Shown here piece by piece: positions 60,001 to 64,000 of a stretch of 64,000 nucleotides of DNA. Positions within the stretch are counted from its first letter, which is position 1. Every line of letters begins with the position of its first letter. The DNA comes from an uncultured virus (IMG/VR IMGVR_UViG_3300042868_007713). Lineage: Duplodnaviria; Heunggongvirae; Uroviricota; Caudoviricetes. A model generated the notes under the pieces. The model did not search any database. It saw only the letters and a list, made by a program, of their open reading frames with translations, and had not been told where the DNA came from. Made by a program: the position numbers and the translations under genes. The stretch is from the IMG/VR virus record IMGVR_UViG_3300042868_007713; one strand, 5' to 3'.

Positions 60001-63000
60001 GTTGTTGATACTATAGAAGAAGCTCGTGAAATAAAAGAAAAGTTGGATAGTGCAATTTTTTCAGAAGATGAGTTAGATGAATTTGTTAAAAATAATGAAG
60101 TGCCAGAATCTGAAGAATCTGATACTGAAAAAGAAACAGATGAATCAGAAGAAAAGAAAGAAGTTAAAATTTTAATAAATAATAAAGTAGCTATTATTGT
60201 ATCAGAAGAAATAGATAAAGAAGATAACTTAAAAATATTTGAATATAGATTTGAAAATGATCCTGAAAAAGAATTATACCGATTTAAATTTATAAATGGA
60301 AAACCAGTAGATTTAGATACAGGTGAACAAATTACTATTTCAGCTGTAGAAACAAAAGAAAAACTTGGTGATAAATCTATTGATGAACAAATTGCAGAAT
60401 TAGAAGATAAAATAAAAAATCTTCCTGATGGTGGAATGGTAACAACAGATGGTGGAATGAAACCTTCTGAAGAATTAATAGATTTAAATGCTCAAATTAA
60501 AACACTTAAAGAATCCAAAGAAAAAACTTCTTCTGAAACTACAGATACTCAATCTGATATAGAAGCCAAAAAAGCTGATATAGAAAGAAGAAGACAAGAA
60601 GAATTATTTACACCTTGGGTATTACAAAAACAAACTACTGACAAAACTGAATTAAGCAGAAGAGAAAATGGTAAAAAGTACATAGATTTAGCTATTAAAT
60701 CTGGTAATTCAAATCTTATTGTAGATATAATTAATCTTTCAATAAAAGGTTATAATGCAAGACAAATTTCTCAAAAAACTGGTTTTAAAGAAGATCAAGT
60801 TAGAGAAATAAGAGAGTATTTAGGTATCTTAACAAAGGGTGGTTTTGGTATAGCAGGTGCATTAACAGAAGATGATGCAGAAGATACTGCAAGATTTGAA
60901 CTTTGGAAACAAAGTATAGATAAAATCAATGATAAATATGATGCAGAATTAGCAGCATTAGAAAAAGAAACAACTACAACACCTGGTGCAAAACCTGTTA
61001 CACCTAACTTAACTAAAGAAGAAGTTATGTCTGATTTTTTAAATCAGATTAATAAAGCTATTGTACAATTTGGTAATCCAAAGTTATTAACTAATTATGA
61101 AACTGTAAGTATAGATAAAAATTTAAAAAATCAAATAGTTGTAAATCATGATAAATACAATGATGATACAAAACTTAACAATAAAATTAATGAAGTTGTT
61201 TTAAATTTACCTGAAGATTTAAAAAATTTATTATTTGGATATAATATAAATGTAACTGGTCGTAATTTATATATTGAATTACGTAATAAAGATTATATAG
61301 ATACAAAAGTTGCTGAAAAATATGGACTTCCAACTAAAAATGGTGAAAAACTTACAATAGATTTAAATCAACCTATTGCATCTACTGAATCTGAAACAGA
61401 AGATACAGATGTAATAAATGATATAGATCAAATATTTGATGATAAAAAGAAAGATGTATTAGATAAAGATAGTATAGAAGCAGATAAAATATTTCAAGAA
61501 GGAATAAGACAAACAGAACCTGCTTTATCTTTAGGAAATACAACTCATTTTGTAAAAGTTGTAGAAATAAAACCTGGTAAAGAAATATTTGAAAGAGGTG
61601 AAGTTAATAAAACTTATGAATTTGAAACAGCAACTCCTACATTTATGCCGGGTAAATCTGTAACTTTTAAAGTGGATGAGTTTGATGGTACAAATTATGA
61701 TAATGCAAATATTGGAATATATGCTATAATAAAAGGTAAAGAAACTAGAATTGGAGCTGTACATACACCACAATGGATTGCTGAACAAAAAGGTCCTAAT
61801 AAAGCATATTCACATATAGTTATACCTGAAAATGAAAAAAATGATAAGCTTCCAAAAACTTTAGAAAAAGAGTTAAAGGTTAACAGGAAGTTAAGAAAAG
61901 TTATATTGGATAATCATAAAAATAATTCTAATTTTGTATTAAATGGAACAGTAAATGATAAGTCCATTGGAATTATAGTAACTATGAATGAACAAGGTAC
62001 ACTTACTGAAAGATTAAATCCTGAAATAGGTAAAGGTGGTTTAGAAAATAGACATGGTATGTTTGGTATCATACGTAATAATTTTATAGAAATTGCTAAA
62101 GGTTATAAAATAGATGCTAATAAAATAGCTCCTATTAAATCATTTAATGATGATAATATTTCTCAATATGAAGGATATTCTATAATGTTAATTCCTACTC
62201 CAACAGGTCAGTTTTTCCCTACTTTTATTAAGCTACCTAATGTTGCTAGAGAACAATCTGAATTTATATTAAAAGCTTGGAAAGCATTTACAAATAAAGA
62301 AACAAACCCTGATTTAATAAAAGAAGTATATGAAGCAGTTGGTACTGATTATGTAAAAGGTGCTTCTGTATCAATAAATGTTTTAAAAAGTTATATTGAT
62401 CATTATATTACTAACTTAAATAGCAAATCATTATCTCAAATAGGAAATGGTATAGATGCTCCAGATAATACATCTAGAATTGATATATTTAATGATGGTA
62501 ATATTAAACTTCAAGGTAAATTAAATGGTAAATGGATAGATATAACTATTAGAAAAGAAGATGATATACCTTTAAACATATTGGATTATATGGATAATCT
62601 TATAACTACTGTTAGATTTACTAATGCTAAAAATAAATCTTTATCAGGTATTAACTCAACAAATAAAATAACTGTATTTGGTGTAAAAGATAATAAACTT
62701 TATAGTAAAAAAATGACTTATAATCAGTATATTATGGAAGGGGCTAAAACTTATCTTGAAAAAGGAATAGAATCTAAAAATGAAAATAATGATTGGGTGT
62801 ATTTTGCAAATCCAGTAATTAAATTTGAATATGCTGAACCATTAAGTACTTCATTTGAAGATATAATAGAAAATAAGGAAACTGAAGTTTCTTTAGCAGA
62901 AGTTAATATTCCTGAAGAAGAAAAAGATTTAGGTGCTTTGCTTTTAGCAGCTTTAAAAGCAGAAGACCTTGTTGATAACAATATAGAAGAACAAAAAAAG

Positions 63001-63051
63001 AAATGTGCAGGTGGTACATCTTTAGCAGATGAATTAAATCAATTTATTTAA
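57019..63051 (+). CDS. Giant virion cargo (ejection) protein
   Basis: 2010 aa. Gly/Ala-rich putative membrane segments, EARMEA and EGIQELIQE helices, TAATG coupling. Confidence 0.65.
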   Translation: MPGPTPTYNPSVLKDLFRPTPEIYKPPVSPGAINFSLPVSGHGDIAFPYSYGGKRAPNNPMGEGLKDLFNSGPTERFMTSSINYNADEINAARYVTSPDYLKLGISLSGDNEERYGQNQSWSEVLSNGFSGMGKLAANGFVDGWKQWGRTTDALIHWDWDRLHGDAESMLELDNKLKDIMNSNPIYATKEGSETFWNRQTFGNFLQQSGFAVGAGIQVLSEQILTKAIEAGLTLTGFGAPGAAGLELVTDVKSAATIARIGNFFNKSKEFFNTSKAIKNLKKLHDTWTNEAIVKNFATKLGQKIPGVDIAMDISKTFRTGMDAGLSGTQLAGDIAKVGLGGLKRTMSEANFAFTEARMEAAGTFSDLYSQMQDDYFKRTGTFAQGNELQNLQDIAMQAADKNFNFNSAVLAVSNRIMFDNVFKNSKITSKILSQFGEDVGEKGFKVLGKINGRTTSQYYTGNVFSNFKTIAADFGTRKARTVLAKSIMKPALKFEFTEGIQELIQEGSAEYYKDYYLNSYKATYNPDIEVSSKKSLDKAISSQMTMQGLKTFASGALTGMLIHGPTVLVSKGGKKIGEKITDAYKTKGLTEEKKEEYFKNKKESKDELKNYYNEFNAIAKDPSKFFSESIKNFNVQKEGASALDEAAKLGDKFAYENIRTDMLHSMVSQAVRNDTHEALADTLREYGKHMSKEEFEQAFVGLDYNSENKKSTADYTEKVAKSVESYAKIYNKLQDKYGPRVNPNRYAYGSKEFNKEASKKQVLNSMIDMLASNEFKSMDALERSLNLYSKAGAHKSLGSSLASAYTILGSESNIKKEMSVLDLEIETKNEQLKAEGITKDSKDKLKKEIELKEKQKESLQEWLDNKEELVDERKVTKSYNAFKNYLELKNKEFGKNITVNINEVEDLFVEFNDYIKLNKKSQKHVDAINMLSNPRYFDQVYTKMVVGSELAYHQLLQEAANKEIKAGLSEPNKHFIMESNGSYGIFTPSGEVLTVVDTIEEAREIKEKLDSAIFSEDELDEFVKNNEVPESEESDTEKETDESEEKKEVKILINNKVAIIVSEEIDKEDNLKIFEYRFENDPEKELYRFKFINGKPVDLDTGEQITISAVETKEKLGDKSIDEQIAELEDKIKNLPDGGMVTTDGGMKPSEELIDLNAQIKTLKESKEKTSSETTDTQSDIEAKKADIERRRQEELFTPWVLQKQTTDKTELSRRENGKKYIDLAIKSGNSNLIVDIINLSIKGYNARQISQKTGFKEDQVREIREYLGILTKGGFGIAGALTEDDAEDTARFELWKQSIDKINDKYDAELAALEKETTTTPGAKPVTPNLTKEEVMSDFLNQINKAIVQFGNPKLLTNYETVSIDKNLKNQIVVNHDKYNDDTKLNNKINEVVLNLPEDLKNLLFGYNINVTGRNLYIELRNKDYIDTKVAEKYGLPTKNGEKLTIDLNQPIASTESETEDTDVINDIDQIFDDKKKDVLDKDSIEADKIFQEGIRQTEPALSLGNTTHFVKVVEIKPGKEIFERGEVNKTYEFETATPTFMPGKSVTFKVDEFDGTNYDNANIGIYAIIKGKETRIGAVHTPQWIAEQKGPNKAYSHIVIPENEKNDKLPKTLEKELKVNRKLRKVILDNHKNNSNFVLNGTVNDKSIGIIVTMNEQGTLTERLNPEIGKGGLENRHGMFGIIRNNFIEIAKGYKIDANKIAPIKSFNDDNISQYEGYSIMLIPTPTGQFFPTFIKLPNVAREQSEFILKAWKAFTNKETNPDLIKEVYEAVGTDYVKGASVSINVLKSYIDHYITNLNSKSLSQIGNGIDAPDNTSRIDIFNDGNIKLQGKLNGKWIDITIRKEDDIPLNILDYMDNLITTVRFTNAKNKSLSGINSTNKITVFGVKDNKLYSKKMTYNQYIMEGAKTYLEKGIESKNENNDWVYFANPVIKFEYAEPLSTSFEDIIENKETEVSLAEVNIPEEEKDLGALLLAALKAEDLVDNNIEEQKKKCAGGTSLADELNQFI

Positions 63052-63061
63052 AATTAATAAT

Positions 63062-64000
63062 ATGCGTTGTCCAAATATAAATAGTCCGGAATGGAAATCT
63101 TTAGTAAATAAAATTGGTGAAAATAATGCTTGGAAAGAATTCCTTGCTAATAATGATATACCATCTGCTGATAATTATGATGTTATAGATACTATTAATA
63201 ATAAATCAGATATTGATAAAGAATTTATTATAAATATAAATTCTAATTTAAAAGATTTTATTCAAAATGATAAAGAGCTAACTAAAGATACTTTAGAATT
63301 TATTTATAATAATTTAGATAATGATATAAAAGAATTATTAGCAGATGAAAAAATAGATTTCATTAATGATTTTAATAGTTTAAATAAAAAAACATCTCTT
63401 TATGAAAAGATAATAAAGTTTATTAAAAATTTATTTTTTAAAACTTCTTTAGAAAGATTATATAGTGATTTAAAAAAAGATAAAACATTAAGTTATTTAA
63501 CTGACAATGCTAATTTTACTTTATTTGGAATAACAGAAAATCAAAAATTAAATAAGACTATTATAAACAATGTATTAAATTATACAATAAGTCCTATTAA
63601 TTATGATTATAAAAAAATTGTTAAGAAAGCAATAAATAATATTTTTAATAAACAAGACTATGCTTCTTTTAAAAAATTTTTAATAGATGAGTATAAAAAA
63701 GAAAATGATAATTTTTTAACTGAAAATATAAAATTACCATCTTGGGTTTTAGATATTACTGAAGAAGCATATAATAAACGTCATGATGCTTGGAGATTAT
63801 CTAATGGCCTACCTCAAAAACATAATACTTTTTATTATGTAGGTCAAAATGATAAAGGAGAAGATGTTTATAATTTTATAAACCCTTTATTTAGAGAAAG
63901 TTCATTAGAAAAAGGTATTGATAAATACAATTTTGTAATGGGTAAATATGGAGTTAGAAAAGGTAAAGATGATACTGGTTTTTATATAGAATATTTTGAT
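63062..64000 (+). CDS. N-terminus of another giant virion protein, truncated by the window end (possibly the virion RNA polymerase gene)
   Basis: ATG 63062 (MRCPNINSPEWKSLV...) stays open for 313 codons to the edge. Missing from the track because there is no stop. The RNAP call rests on position only. Confidence 0.7.
   Translation, partial: MRCPNINSPEWKSLVNKIGENNAWKEFLANNDIPSADNYDVIDTINNKSDIDKEFIININSNLKDFIQNDKELTKDTLEFIYNNLDNDIKELLADEKIDFINDFNSLNKKTSLYEKIIKFIKNLFFKTSLERLYSDLKKDKTLSYLTDNANFTLFGITENQKLNKTIINNVLNYTISPINYDYKKIVKKAINNIFNKQDYASFKKFLIDEYKKENDNFLTENIKLPSWVLDITEEAYNKRHDAWRLSNGLPQKHNTFYYVGQNDKGEDVYNFINPLFRESSLEKGIDKYNFVMGKYGVRKGKDDTGFYIEYFD

Larger units (their letters stand above)
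1..64000. mobile_element. Segment of a crAss-like (Crassvirales-type) phage genome, structural and cargo module
   Basis: Gene order terminase-portal-(PhoH)-acidic scaffold-like-MCP, then ring/tail proteins, IHF-like genes, a large tail stabilisation protein and 1000-2000 aa cargo proteins. Bacteroidota-type promoter and SD-less leaders. No host housekeeping genes. Confidence 0.9.

Noticed and set aside
1029..62981. Minus-strand and nested short ORFs in the track (e.g. 1305..1622, 10575..10898, 57372..57962)
   Set aside because: They are shadows of long + strand genes or regulatory DNA, with no recognisable motifs.
57019..63051. Virion RNA polymerase call for the 2010-aa protein
   Set aside because: No DxDxD-type catalytic motif was recognised. 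The RNAP more likely lies further downstream, outside the window.
1..64000. Stop-codon reassignment, known in some crAss-like phages
   Set aside because: Genes are intact in the standard code, and TAG acts as a real stop at 28624, 48460 and 53806, each followed by intergenic signals.

Overview
The whole window looks like the virion-morphogenesis arm of a crAss-like (Crassvirales-type) phage with a probable Bacteroidota host. It is strongly AT-rich, uses the standard genetic code, has A-rich leaders without Shine-Dalgarno sites, and carries a TTTG-N20-TAnnTTTG promoter. A short leftward region (1-700) and a structured divergent intergenic region come first. Essentially all later genes are on +: wHTH, IHF-like, PD-(D/E)XK nuclease, GroES-like, terminase, portal, PhoH, scaffold-like, major capsid protein, ring/tail proteins, Dps-like ferritin, a fibre/Cys-rich/FN3 cluster, metallophosphoesterase, tail stabilisation (muzzle-like) protein and giant virion cargo proteins, the last one truncated. 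The most striking feature is 38.4-53.8 kb. Four consecutive large proteins there are strings of unrelated modules: two ADP-ribosyltransferase-like domains, ParB-like, zincin, NlpC/P60, two lysozyme-like, M15-like peptidase, DUF3597-like and an OMP-like beta module. About 20 copies of a [FYMAKWN]-x-x-G-G motif (plus Y-x-x-K-G-E variants) separate the modules, which suggests virion-packaged effector polyproteins with cleavage or targeting tags. Also notable are a recurrent TTTG-N20-TAWATTWW promoter variant, an operator-like palindrome, a compact three-way-junction RNA candidate and a 12-bp-period repeat array. All family calls come from reading motifs by eye; no searches were run.
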